Origin: an uncultured delta proteobacterium
GTDB taxonomy: Bacteria; Myxococcota_A; Polyangia; Polyangiales; Polyangiaceae
Reading direction: 5' to 3'
Length of the DNA: 42,473 nucleotides
Assembly (NCBI GenBank): GCA_963716725.1
Contig: CAVQUB010000029.1
Coordinates: forward strand, 1-42,473
The notes under the pieces were generated by a model. It was not told the DNA's origin and did not search any database. It worked only from the letters and a program-made list of their open reading frames with translations. The position numbers and the translations under genes are program-made. This document shows, piece by piece, positions 1 through 8,633 of this stretch (within the stretch, counting starts at the first letter, position 1; every line of letters starts with the position of its first letter).

Positions 1-139
1 GTGCGGGAAGGTGCGGCGCTCGGTGCGAGCACGGACCGTCAGCGCCTGGGTGCGATGGTCTCCACCGCCTCGAGTTCGACGCGCAGCGCGAGGCCTCGAC
101 GAACTCCGAGCAGAAGCCTGCTCACGCGTGGGCAGGCGC

Positions 140-224
140 GCGGGCGCTGATCACCCGCGGGCGCTGATCACCCGCGGGCGCTGATCACCCGCGGGCGCTG
201 ATCACCCGCGGGCGCTGATCACTC
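140..224. repeat. 17-bp tandem repeat, 5 copies of GCGGGCGCTGATCACCC (last copy has one mismatch)
   Basis: Units read directly at 140, 157, 174, 191 and 208. The last unit overlaps the stop codon (219-221) of the OM barrel gene. Confidence 0.95.
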
Positions 225-1097
225 GCTGACGCGGTATTCCTGCGGAAAGTAGAAGTTCCACGACACAGTCAGCATCTGGTTGAAGCGGAACTGCCGATCT
301 TTGTCGTCGATCTTGTTGTCGGGGAACTGTTCGTCCTTGCCGCCACCCTTGGTGTCGAAGCCGCCGGTGTTCCACGAGAAGGGTAGGGCACGCCACTCGA
401 AGCCCACGGCGTTCCACTTGTTTGCGTAGAAGGTGAACCCGAGCCCGAAGGTCGGGGCGATGGCCACGCGGCTCTGCTTGTCGAAGGTGGCCGCGCAGTC
501 GGGATCGGCCGTGCCCGCATCGGTGTCGCAGTTCTTTCGCTCGCTCACGCCGATGAAGGCGGGACCGGCGAAGAAGTACAGATCCGTGTCGAGGTAGATG
601 TTCTGAAACAGGGCCAGCTTGCCTCGGAACGGGACGCCGGTGATTTGCGGCGCGATGACCCAGTCCATGCTGCCGAGCTGTTTCGTGAAATCCTCGCCCA
701 TGTTCACCGCCGTCAGGCGGCGGTCCGTGCTGTCCGGCGGCTGGGTCTTGCGACGCTGATCGTTCACGTCTTGGATCTTCTCGCTCAGCCCCGTCGGCAT
801 CTTGAGGGCGCCGAAGCCGCCGAATGCCCCGATGGCCAGCCAGTCCGTGAAGTTGTAGTTGAGGCGCGCGCCGAAGAAGATCTCCCGCTGGTACTCGTCG
901 AGCAGGGTGAACGACGCCGCCGGAGCGACCTCGATCCGCTTCTCGCGATAGAGCCGCAGCTTGCGCACGGCGGGCGCGCCGGCGAGGGGGCCCGTGAGGA
1001 GGATCTCCTGAGCTTCTGCCCGCTCGGTCACCACGCTCACGGCGATCAGCGCTGCGATGCCGGTGAAGAGCCTGCGTAGGGTTGCCGTCGTCTTCAT
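219..1097 (-). CDS. Myxobacterial outer-membrane beta-barrel protein, GltA/GltB (NfsA/B)-like
   Basis: Signal peptide ending AEA-Q, alternating amphipathic strands, GKLALF motif, aromatic C-terminal strand (VSWNFYFP). Tandem with a paralogue near gltC-G. The start could be 1097, 1109 or 1130. Confidence 0.75.
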   Translation of the reverse strand: MKTTATLRRLFTGIAALIAVSVVTERAEAQEILLTGPLAGAPAVRKLRLYREKRIEVAPAASFTLLDEYQREIFFGARLNYNFTDWLAIGAFGGFGALKMPTGLSEKIQDVNDQRRKTQPPDSTDRRLTAVNMGEDFTKQLGSMDWVIAPQITGVPFRGKLALFQNIYLDTDLYFFAGPAFIGVSERKNCDTDAGTADPDCAATFDKQSRVAIAPTFGLGFTFYANKWNAVGFEWRALPFSWNTGGFDTKGGGKDEQFPDNKIDDKDRQFRFNQMLTVSWNFYFPQEYRVSE

Positions 1098-1126
1098 GGT
1101 GCTTCCCATCGTTCCTTCCGCGCGCA

Positions 1127-2101
1127 TCACTTCGGCAACCTGTAGTCGAAGGAGAACGGAATGAAGATCGACACGCCCACCTGAGCCTGGACTGCGTTGG
1201 TCAGCTTGGAGTCACCGTACCAGTTGGCTTTGTCCTGCTGCGCGGCCTGCGTGAGCGGAATCTCGGTGTTCTCGAGCTTGTCGTTGAAGATGTAGTCGCG
1301 CACCTCCATCGTCGCAGCGAACCAGCGGTTGAAGAAGATACGGAGTCCCAAGCCCGCGTTGAACGCGATCCGGTTCTCCCACTCGAAGTTGCGATTGTCC
1401 GGATCGATGACCGGGATCGGGCGGGTGCTGATGGCGCCCACGCCGCCCACGACGTAGGCGTCGTAGTGGAAGATGAAGTCGCCGAAGCCAGCGAACTTGC
1501 CGTAGGCCGGCACGTACGTGAAGTTCAGCGCTGCGCCCCAGTTGTACTCCGTCAGCGGAACACCCACGCGCGCCGCACGGCGAACCTGAGCGTTGAAATC
1601 GCTGTCGACGTTGAAGGGCTGGTAGTAGTTGAAGTTCGCGCCCACCGCGAGAACGTTGGTGATGTAGTAGTTGAGCGCGAGACCCGGGCCGGGATGGCTG
1701 ACGAACTGATCGTTCAAGCTGAACGACCAATACGGGTTGACCTCGAAGCGACGCACGCGCAGCGCGAAGATCTGCTGCACGGCGTAGATTTGCTCTTTCA
1801 GAGGCTTGGCGGCCTCTTTGTTCATGTCGAGCTTGGGGCAGGCCGCCGGATCGATCTTGCAGATGTCGCCCAGGTCGCTGGTCGGTTCTTCTCCTCCCGG
1901 CTCCTCGCCCCCCGGCTCTTCTCCGCCCTCTCCGGCCGTTTCCCCGCCCTCGCCCGCAACTTCGGCGCCCTCGCCAGCCTTAGCGGCTTCGGCGGGCGCC
2001 GGCTTGTCGCCAGCAGCGGGCTTCTTGCCCTGAGCCCAAGCACCCGCGGGCGCTGCACAGAGCGCAGCCGCTACGAGGAGCCCGACGCGCGATTTCTTCA
2101 T
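1127..2101 (-). CDS. Myxobacterial outer-membrane beta-barrel protein, GltA/GltB (NfsA/B)-like
   Basis: ATG at 2101 with a GAGG RBS, signal peptide ending AWA-Q, acidic linker, then IYAVQQ, SLNDQF, YGKFAGF and GVSIFIP motifs typical of this OMP family. Confidence 0.8.
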   Translation of the reverse strand: MKKSRVGLLVAAALCAAPAGAWAQGKKPAAGDKPAPAEAAKAGEGAEVAGEGGETAGEGGEEPGGEEPGGEEPTSDLGDICKIDPAACPKLDMNKEAAKPLKEQIYAVQQIFALRVRRFEVNPYWSFSLNDQFVSHPGPGLALNYYITNVLAVGANFNYYQPFNVDSDFNAQVRRAARVGVPLTEYNWGAALNFTYVPAYGKFAGFGDFIFHYDAYVVGGVGAISTRPIPVIDPDNRNFEWENRIAFNAGLGLRIFFNRWFAATMEVRDYIFNDKLENTEIPLTQAAQQDKANWYGDSKLTNAVQAQVGVSIFIPFSFDYRLPK

Positions 2102-2214
2102 CGATGCCTCTTCCGCTTTCCGTGAACGACAACCGCTGCGGAGACTACCGCTACAACCAGCTCTGCAACTACTCAAAATAACTAGCGAAATCCGCTACGC
2201 CCGAGTTCCGCGCG

Positions 2215-2244
2215 ACTATATCACGCGCTCTTTTTTGCAATCAA
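2215..2244 (-). promoter_or_regulatory. Putative sigma70-type promoter of the OMP pair
   Basis: TTGATT-N18-TATAGT with an extended -10 TG, in an AT-rich patch. Confidence 0.55.
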
Positions 2245-2275
2245 CACGAAATTTCAAGGCAATCTCGCCGACGGC

Positions 2276-3526
2276 TCATGCGGCGCTCGCGTCGCTGTCT
2301 GCGCCGAGAAGTGCCTCGACGAACTCGTCGGGGGAGAAATCGCGCAGGTCGTCCGGGCGTTCGCCCAGCCCGACGAATCGGACCGGGACGCCGAAGGTGT
2401 CGCAGATGCCCAAAATCACGCCGCCCTTGGCTGTCCCGTCGAGCTTGGTCAGGACAATGCCGGTGAGCTCGAGCTGCTCCTTGAACTCCCTGGCTTGAGC
2501 CAGAGCGTTTTGCCCGTTGGTCGCGTCGATCACCAGCAGCACCTCGTGGGGGGCGCCGCTCAGGGCCTTGTCGGCGGTCTTGGCGATCTTCTTCATCTCC
2601 GCCATCAGGTTCGACTTGGTGTGCAGACGTCCGGCGGTGTCCGCGAGGACCACGTCGGCGCCGCTCTCCTGCGCTCTCTTGATCGCGTCGAAGACCACGC
2701 TGCCTGGATCTGCGCCGTCCTTGCCGCGCACGACCTCGCAACCCACCCGGTCGCCCCACACTACGAGCTGCTGAACCGCGGCGGCGCGGAACGTGTCGCC
2801 GGCGGCGAGCACGACCTTCTTCCCGTCTGCTTGCAGCTTCGTGGCGAGCTTGCCGATGGTGGTGGTCTTGCCGGCGCCGTTCACGCCGACCATGAGCACG
2901 ACCGTGGGATTGCCGCGCAGCGGGAATGCTCCTGCCTTGCCGTCCACGTCCAGAATGCGCCTCGCTTCGCCGCGCATGGCTTCCCAGACTCGCGCCGAGT
3001 CCACCAAATCGGCCTTGCCGAGCGTCTCCTTGATCCGCGCGAGCATCGATTGCGCGGTCGGAACGCCGACGTCCGACGCCAGCAAGATCTCTTCGATCTC
3101 ATCGGCAATGGCGGGGCTGATCTCTTTCCTGCCGCTGATCAACGCCTTGAGCTTGCCGAAGAAGCCCTCTTCGCCGCGGGACTTGGCGAGACCCTTGCGC
3201 AGCCCCGCGACGTCGCGGGCGTGGGTCAGAGAAGGGCGCGACTCGGAAGCGGGCGCCTCGGCCTCCACCGGGATCTCTGTCTCCTCGGCGCGAACTCCCG
3301 GGGCTTTGGGTTCGGCATCACGCGCTTCGGCCGCACGCGGCTTGGCCACCGGCTTTTCGGCGGTGACTGCCTTGGGCTCTTCGCGCTTCCCCGCCGACAC
3401 TTCTTTCGGCTCGACGAGCTCGCGCTTCCGGGGCGCTTCGAGCTTTTCGGGCGCTTGCTTGCGCAAGAACAGGAAGTAAACGGCGACAAGCGCCACAATC
3501 CCGACGAGGACGTAGACGATTTCCAT
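2276..3526 (-). CDS. ftsY: Signal recognition particle receptor FtsY with N-terminal membrane anchor
   Basis: GVNGAGKTTTIGKLA, DTFRAAA, DTAGR and TKLDGTAKGG motifs; hydrophobic N-terminus. Confidence 0.97.
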   Translation of the reverse strand: MEIVYVLVGIVALVAVYFLFLRKQAPEKLEAPRKRELVEPKEVSAGKREEPKAVTAEKPVAKPRAAEARDAEPKAPGVRAEETEIPVEAEAPASESRPSLTHARDVAGLRKGLAKSRGEEGFFGKLKALISGRKEISPAIADEIEEILLASDVGVPTAQSMLARIKETLGKADLVDSARVWEAMRGEARRILDVDGKAGAFPLRGNPTVVLMVGVNGAGKTTTIGKLATKLQADGKKVVLAAGDTFRAAAVQQLVVWGDRVGCEVVRGKDGADPGSVVFDAIKRAQESGADVVLADTAGRLHTKSNLMAEMKKIAKTADKALSGAPHEVLLVIDATNGQNALAQAREFKEQLELTGIVLTKLDGTAKGGVILGICDTFGVPVRFVGLGERPDDLRDFSPDEFVEALLGADSDASAA

Positions 3527-3561
3527 CGATTGGCGCGTGCCTCCAAGCAGCTGGGCGGCGG

Positions 3562-3591
3562 ACTATATGGAGTGGGGCTTTGAGCAGTCAA
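3562..3591 (-). promoter_or_regulatory. Putative sigma70-type promoter of ftsY
   Basis: TTGACT-N18-TATAGT about 35 nt upstream of the ATG. The -35 box overlaps the stop codon of the upstream gene. Confidence 0.6.
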
Positions 3592-5315
3592 CGACTGGGA
3601 TCGTCGACGCCTCGCCAAGCCGGCTCCTGCTCGCGGATACGGTCTTCCACTTCCGCGTCGGGGGCGTCGGGTCCAAAGGCGGCCCGCTCGACCTCGCGGG
3701 CCCAGTGCGCCACGTCCCGAGCGTGCCGGTCTCGCGCGACGGATTCCACGTGCTTGGGAGTGGGCTCGCCGGGCGTCGACCAGGGCTTGCCCATTCGGGT
3801 CGCCCAGTCGATCAGGCGACCGAGCAGGGCGCGTCGCCTCGAAACCAAGCTCACTTGCAGGTTTCCTGCGGGCGGCAGGTCCCGAAGCAAGCTCGAGTGC
3901 CAGGGGGACGAGACCTGGAGTCGCGCGCCCTCGCTGCGCTGGACCGCCGGAAGCTCGAATCGGCCCGATTCGTCGGAGAAAGTGCGGGCGGCGACCCCAT
4001 CGGACGCGAAAGCGGGCAGCAGCACGACCACGCAGGCGTCGTGGATCGGAGTCCCTTCGTGCCCGTCGATCACCCGGCCTCGCCAGCCCGAACGCTCCGG
4101 CCCGAGCTCGATCACGTCGAGGGACGGGCGCCCGGGCGGCACGCTGACCCGCTCGCTCTCGGGCTTTTCCGTCCGCGGCGGACGCCACCAGGTGCGCACG
4201 ACCCAGCCGCCGACGGCGATAGCCGCCAGGACCCATGGCACACGACGCCACGGGCTCGGGGGCGCGACGGGCACGCTCAAGACGAGGGGGTCGCCCGCAA
4301 GCCACCACGGCGCCTCCGGCAAATAGCGAAGGGTCACCGAAACGGCGCCCGAGGCGGGCAGGGGAAAGACGGAGGACACCCGGGCGGCGCCGGCGCTCAC
4401 CGGCGCGGTGCCCACGCTCTTGCCGCCAACGAGCATCTCGACCGCGCCCGCGTCGACCGCGCCGCCGGCCGAGCCGACGGCAACGTCGAGCTCGACGCCC
4501 GAGCCCGGGTCGGCCGCCGGCACCTGTCCCGCCACCGAGATCGCCACCCGCTGGGTCCGCTGGATCGCTGCCGTGCGGCGCGCGGGTTGGGTTGTAGGGG
4601 AACCCGCGAACTCGGCCACCAAGGTCGCCGGGCCCACTGCGCCGAGCTTGTCGCTCCCGACAATCACTTCGGCCCGCTCTCCCGAACGGACGGTGGTGCC
4701 CGCGAGATCACGGCGGGTGCCGTCCCGTTCCTCCAGCCACAAGCGGATCTGCAGAGCTTCACTGAGCGAGTCGTCCGCCGCCTCGACTCGCGCGTCGATC
4801 CAGATCGCGTGCGACTCGCGCTCCAGAGGGAAGGGGTTGGGCGCCGGCGAAAAGGAGAGTGTCAAGGCGCGCCTCGAAGAGTCCACGTCTATCTCGGCGG
4901 TGCTGCGCTCGTGGTAGCGATCTCCGTCGAAGGAGACGGTCAGGGCCGCTCGTTGGTCGAGGTCCGGGAGCGCGACGCAGAACGCGCCGGCCGCGTCGGC
5001 GTCCACCAGCAGCTCGTCGGTGCCGACGTGAACGTCCCGCCGGGATGTGCTCGCGCAGCCGATCGGACGGCCGACCGCCAAGCCCGGGCCGCCGCGCTCG
5101 CGGCTCGCGCGCACCCGCATTCGCGCCTGGCCGATGGGGCGTCCGGTGTCGTCTTGGAGCACGCCACGCAGCTCGAGCCGTCCGTCGCGGATCGCGGCTC
5201 GCGCCTCGACGGCAGTCGAGCCCCGGATCTGGAGCTTGATGGCGGGCGCCGACGTCGCCCATACGACCAGGGAAAGGCCGAAGACCAAGGCTCGAAACGA
5301 CACGGGTACGCGCAT
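3588..5315 (-). CDS. Membrane-anchored hypothetical protein with Ig-like / carboxypeptidase-regulatory-like beta domains
   Basis: 575-aa ORF with a signal peptide, beta-rich repeats (LRGVLQDDTGRPI; WRGRVIDGHEGTPI...SDESGRFEL) and one TM helix (WVLAAIAVGGWVV). Confidence 0.7.
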   Translation of the reverse strand: MRVPVSFRALVFGLSLVVWATSAPAIKLQIRGSTAVEARAAIRDGRLELRGVLQDDTGRPIGQARMRVRASRERGGPGLAVGRPIGCASTSRRDVHVGTDELLVDADAAGAFCVALPDLDQRAALTVSFDGDRYHERSTAEIDVDSSRRALTLSFSPAPNPFPLERESHAIWIDARVEAADDSLSEALQIRLWLEERDGTRRDLAGTTVRSGERAEVIVGSDKLGAVGPATLVAEFAGSPTTQPARRTAAIQRTQRVAISVAGQVPAADPGSGVELDVAVGSAGGAVDAGAVEMLVGGKSVGTAPVSAGAARVSSVFPLPASGAVSVTLRYLPEAPWWLAGDPLVLSVPVAPPSPWRRVPWVLAAIAVGGWVVRTWWRPPRTEKPESERVSVPPGRPSLDVIELGPERSGWRGRVIDGHEGTPIHDACVVVLLPAFASDGVAARTFSDESGRFELPAVQRSEGARLQVSSPWHSSLLRDLPPAGNLQVSLVSRRRALLGRLIDWATRMGKPWSTPGEPTPKHVESVARDRHARDVAHWAREVERAAFGPDAPDAEVEDRIREQEPAWRGVDDPSR

Positions 5316-5458
5316 GAAGTCCGATGTGGGACGCCGAAGCGCAGCATAGCCCGATTGAAGCCCACCGCGCCGCGAACCGTCTCAAGTAGTACGGAACGAA
5401 TGGGAAGCAGCTGATGCGTCCGCCGGGCCACACTCGGGTCGTGATAGGGTCATCCGGC

Positions 5459-6268
5459 ATGTCTCGGGCGGCTGGCCGCGTTCTCGTGTCGCTCTTGGCG
5501 TCGGTGCTGCTGCTGCTGGCGCTTCCGGCTCGGGGTGCCGACGCCGTCGATCGCGCGGCCGACCAACTCAAGAACGGCAGCGACTTCCGCGTGCGCACCC
5601 AGGCGGCCTTGTCCCTCGGGTCCTCGAAGAGCAAGCGAGCCGTGGACCCTTTGTGCGGCGGGCTCGAGGACGGCAATACGACCGTTCGCGCGGCCGCGGC
5701 GGCGGCCTTGGGCAAGCTCAAGAAGGGCGGCGCCGATTGTCTCGAAAAGCGGCTCGAGGACGAGACCAACAGCTCGGTAAAGACGGCGATCAAGAAGGCG
5801 CTCACCAAGGTCAAGGGCGGGGGCGAGCCCGCCATCACCTCGAGCACCAAGGTCTATCTCGCCCTCGCCAAGGCTAGCGACAAGACCGGGCGCGACGGTG
5901 ACGAGGTGGTGAAGCTCGTCCGCAGCGCCATGGTGAAGGCCGCGGGCAGCCAAGATGGCTTCGTCATCGCGCCCGCCGACGAAACCCCCGCGGAGGCGAA
6001 GACGCGCCTCGCCAAGTGGAAGAGCGTCAAAGCGTTTTATCTGTCCCCGAAGGTGCTCGAGCCCAAGTACTCGGGGGGCTCGCTTCAGATCAAGATCGAC
6101 GTAGCGATCTTCAGCTATCCGGGCAAAGCGCTGAAGGGGAACATCCCCGTCAAGCTGACCCAGGACGGCGTCTCGGGCCGGGACACGTCGAGCGAGGACG
6201 ACCTGATCAAAATGGCCTCGCAGCGCGCCATCGAGAAGTTCTCGCAGAACATGGAGCGCATCCAGTGA
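5459..6268 (+). CDS. Exported HEAT-repeat protein
   Basis: Signal peptide followed by PBS-lyase-type HEAT repeats (FRVRTQAALSLG, TVRAAAAAALG, SVKTAIKKAL). Alternative start at 5414. Confidence 0.8.
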   Translation: MSRAAGRVLVSLLASVLLLLALPARGADAVDRAADQLKNGSDFRVRTQAALSLGSSKSKRAVDPLCGGLEDGNTTVRAAAAAALGKLKKGGADCLEKRLEDETNSSVKTAIKKALTKVKGGGEPAITSSTKVYLALAKASDKTGRDGDEVVKLVRSAMVKAAGSQDGFVIAPADETPAEAKTRLAKWKSVKAFYLSPKVLEPKYSGGSLQIKIDVAIFSYPGKALKGNIPVKLTQDGVSGRDTSSEDDLIKMASQRAIEKFSQNMERIQ

Positions 6269-6392
6269 GAGCGCCCGTTTGGAGTGTGGAGCGGGCGCCT
6301 GCGTCCGGTTCTTGCTCGTCGAAACCCCGGCGCCCTACCATGGGCCTCGGGGACCACCCGTGCTCGGCCCGAACCGATTGAGGAATTGACCA

Positions 6393-7184
6393 ATGGCAGA
6401 TGCGGCAACCGCACCGGCGGCAGCGGGAGGAGGGCGCCACCAGCGCCGGCTTCGAAACTACCTGCTCGATACGCGATTTCAGCTCAAATATACCGGCTAT
6501 TTGGTGGCTCTCGCCGTCGTGCTCAGCGGCTCACTCGGCTACATCTTGTGGCGGACGAGCGGCGCGGTCCTGGCCCAGAGCCACTCGACGGTCAACAAGG
6601 GCCACCAGGTCGTTGCCTTCGGCAAGCAGGTCGTAGAAGAGAGTCGTAAGGTCAGCGCCGTCGTCCGAATGAACATCGTCAAGGACGAGGCCTACCAGGA
6701 TAACCCCGAGCTGCTCGCGGCTTTCAACATCGACTCCGAGGCGCAGGACGAGCGGCTCAAGAAGCAACAACAGGAACTCGAGGCGCAGGCCTCCAGCCTC
6801 CAGCAGCAGTCTGCCGACATCGCCACCCAGCGCCAGACCATGCTGGCTTCGCTGACGGCGGTGCTGTTGCTTCTGGTCTTCGGCATCGGCGTCGCCGGGA
6901 TCCTGGTGACGCACAAAGTCGCCGGTCCCATCTACAAGATGAAGCGTCAGATCCGCGAGGTCGGCGAAGGCAGGTTGAAGATCCCGGGCCGGCTCCGAAA
7001 GGGGGACGAGCTCGTCGACTTCTTCGACGCGTTCAACGACATGGTCGTGGCCTGGCGCACGCGGCAAGAAAACGAGATCGCTCTGCTCGACAAAGCGATG
7101 GCGGCACTCGACGGCAAGGCGGAGCCCCAGGACCTCGACGGGCTCAAGAAACTCCGCGCGCAGATGCAAGAGACGCTGGACTGA
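6393..7184 (+). CDS. Two-TM HAMP-domain protein lacking an output domain
   Basis: GAGGA RBS, TM1, Gln-rich coiled coil, TM2, then HAMP (AGPIYKMKRQIREVGEG...RKGDELVDFFDAFNDM) and a short tail. Confidence 0.8.
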   Translation: MADAATAPAAAGGGRHQRRLRNYLLDTRFQLKYTGYLVALAVVLSGSLGYILWRTSGAVLAQSHSTVNKGHQVVAFGKQVVEESRKVSAVVRMNIVKDEAYQDNPELLAAFNIDSEAQDERLKKQQQELEAQASSLQQQSADIATQRQTMLASLTAVLLLLVFGIGVAGILVTHKVAGPIYKMKRQIREVGEGRLKIPGRLRKGDELVDFFDAFNDMVVAWRTRQENEIALLDKAMAALDGKAEPQDLDGLKKLRAQMQETLD

Positions 7185-7189
7185 GCCGT

Positions 7190-7558
7190 TCAGAACGCCG
7201 CGACGACGTACTCCACCACCGGCACACCGTCGTCGAACGTGACGCTTGCGGCGTCGAATCGCATCCGATCCACGCTGGTGTCGTTTCGATAGCGATGGCG
7301 CCACAAACGCTCGCCCGCGCGTCGCACGCGTTGGCGTTTCTTGGCGTCGATGCTGGAGAGCCCCGTGGTCCAAGCGCTGGGGCTGCGGGCGCGAACTTCG
7401 ACCACGACCACCAAGCGTTCATGTCGCGCGACGACGTCGAGCTCGAGGCGCCCGAGCTTGAGATTCCTCGCGACGATCTCGTAGCCCCGCGCCGTCAGGT
7501 ATTCGGTGACCGCGCGCTCGGCCGCTGCGCCGAGTCGCTGCCGGTCCGACTGCGTCAG
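7190..7558 (-). CDS. yraN: YraN (UPF0102) family PD-(D/E)xK nuclease-like protein
   Basis: LGAAAERAV..YL..RGY.I..RN...ELDVVA...VEVRAR...RFD pattern. Start is uncertain (CTG at 7558 or GTG at 7603). Confidence 0.88.
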   Translation of the reverse strand: MTQSDRQRLGAAAERAVTEYLTARGYEIVARNLKLGRLELDVVARHERLVVVVEVRARSPSAWTTGLSSIDAKKRQRVRRAGERLWRHRYRNDTSVDRMRFDAASVTFDDGVPVVEYVVAAF

Positions 7559-8184
7559 GGATTCTTCCCGCCGTTGCCGCAGTTGCTGACCGCGGGGTTG
7601 CACTTCGCGCCGCCCTGCGCCGGGTTGTACTTGGAGCCCGACTTGATGCAGTAGCTGCCCGCGAGCTGCGCGGAGCCGAGGCCCAGGTCATCGATCAGCT
7701 TCGTGCACTCGAAGCCGCTCGGGCACTCGCAGTAGCGGGCGTTCGGATCCGGTCCGTCGCAGCGGCACGAGCAGTACACCGCGTCCTTCACGTCGTCGCC
7801 GCCATGCTCGGGCGAGGCCGCTGCGGAGCGCGACTGGAGCTGGGCCGGCACCGGAACGCTGACCACGTCCACCGGGTTGGTGCCGCTGGTACCGGGGATG
7901 CGGCAGCGCTTGGGGTCGGTCCCGGGCAGCGCCAGATCGCCCTCGGTCTGCCCGTAGGGGCAGCTGACACGACCACGGAAGTGATTGACGAGACAGACGC
8001 GCGTCTCGCACTGGAACGAGCGACTCTCGACGTTCACTTCGCTCTCGTCGTAGCCGCCGAAGGTCGTTTGGTATTCGTCCTCGGGGACGCACGGATCACC
8101 GACGCCCCCAGGCTCGCAGGCGAGAGCCGCGAGGCCCAGAGCAGACGCCAAGATCAGCCAACTAGCCGGAATCGAACGTGTCAT
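7555..8184 (-). CDS. Cys-rich lipoprotein, CglC/GltK (AgmO)-like
   Basis: Lipobox LAALA-C and 14 further Cys; G-x-P-C...S-x-x-C-E-x-x-V-C...Y-C-S-x-x-C pattern; divergent from gltC. Confidence 0.6.
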   Translation of the reverse strand: MTRSIPASWLILASALGLAALACEPGGVGDPCVPEDEYQTTFGGYDESEVNVESRSFQCETRVCLVNHFRGRVSCPYGQTEGDLALPGTDPKRCRIPGTSGTNPVDVVSVPVPAQLQSRSAAASPEHGGDDVKDAVYCSCRCDGPDPNARYCECPSGFECTKLIDDLGLGSAQLAGSYCIKSGSKYNPAQGGAKCNPAVSNCGNGGKNP

Positions 8185-8273
8185 TGTGTGCTCGCCACCT
8201 GGTTGCGCCCGGGGCGGCCCGTGCGCCTTTTGCTACTTAGTCGACCGAACGCCCTCAGACGTGCGTTCGCGGA

Positions 8274-8303
8274 AACGTAGTCGAGCGTGTCGAGAGCCGT
8301 CAA
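8274..8303 (-). promoter_or_regulatory. Putative promoter of the Cys-rich lipoprotein and yraN
   Basis: TTGACG-N18-TACGTT on the minus strand. Confidence 0.45.
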
Positions 8304-8474
8304 CGCGAAAGGGACCCAAGGGTTTTTGCGGCCTCGCGTGTCGGACTCGTCACCGGCCCGGCGAGTGGGAGCGAGTAGGAGACCCATGGGTCCGGTTGCC
8401 GACCGACCCTGCCGGGCCGGCCGGGGTCCGCGGCCGACGGCGGCGGGCAACTCGAAAATCCCGTGTGGTGACGC

Positions 8475-8504
8475 TTGACAACGCCGCGTGGGCCCACCTA
8501 ACAT
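8475..8504 (+). promoter_or_regulatory. Putative sigma70-type promoter of the gltC operon
   Basis: TTGACA-N18-TAACAT, 130 nt upstream of the ATG at 8634. Confidence 0.6.
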
Positions 8505-8633
8505 CAGCCCGGCCGCGCGCGGTATCTATCGGTTCTCATTGAACTTTTTGATACCGACTCCTGGGGGCTCCGAGCAGAGCCGCCGGCGCGCGCGCCAGCC
8601 GAGCGGCCGAACTCCCCAACAAAACGAGGATCC

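Noticed and set aside
1..167. Possible 3' end of a + strand gene (frame 3, GC3-rich codons, stop at 165-167)
   Set aside because: Too short and has no recognisable motif; it cannot be supported without upstream sequence.
140..224. Possible CRISPR array
   Set aside because: The units are contiguous 17-mers with no spacers, and there are no cas genes in the window.
2041..2055. 15-nt match (CACCCGCGGGCGCTG) to the 17-bp repeat
   Set aside because: It lies in signal-peptide coding sequence and is very GC-rich, so chance is plausible; no mobile-element features accompany it.
3537..5414. Long antisense or alternate-frame ORFs (also 8526-10196, 11202-12989, 26779-28257 and others)
   Set aside because: These are shadow ORFs expected in high-GC DNA opposite well-supported genes, and their composition is not protein-like.
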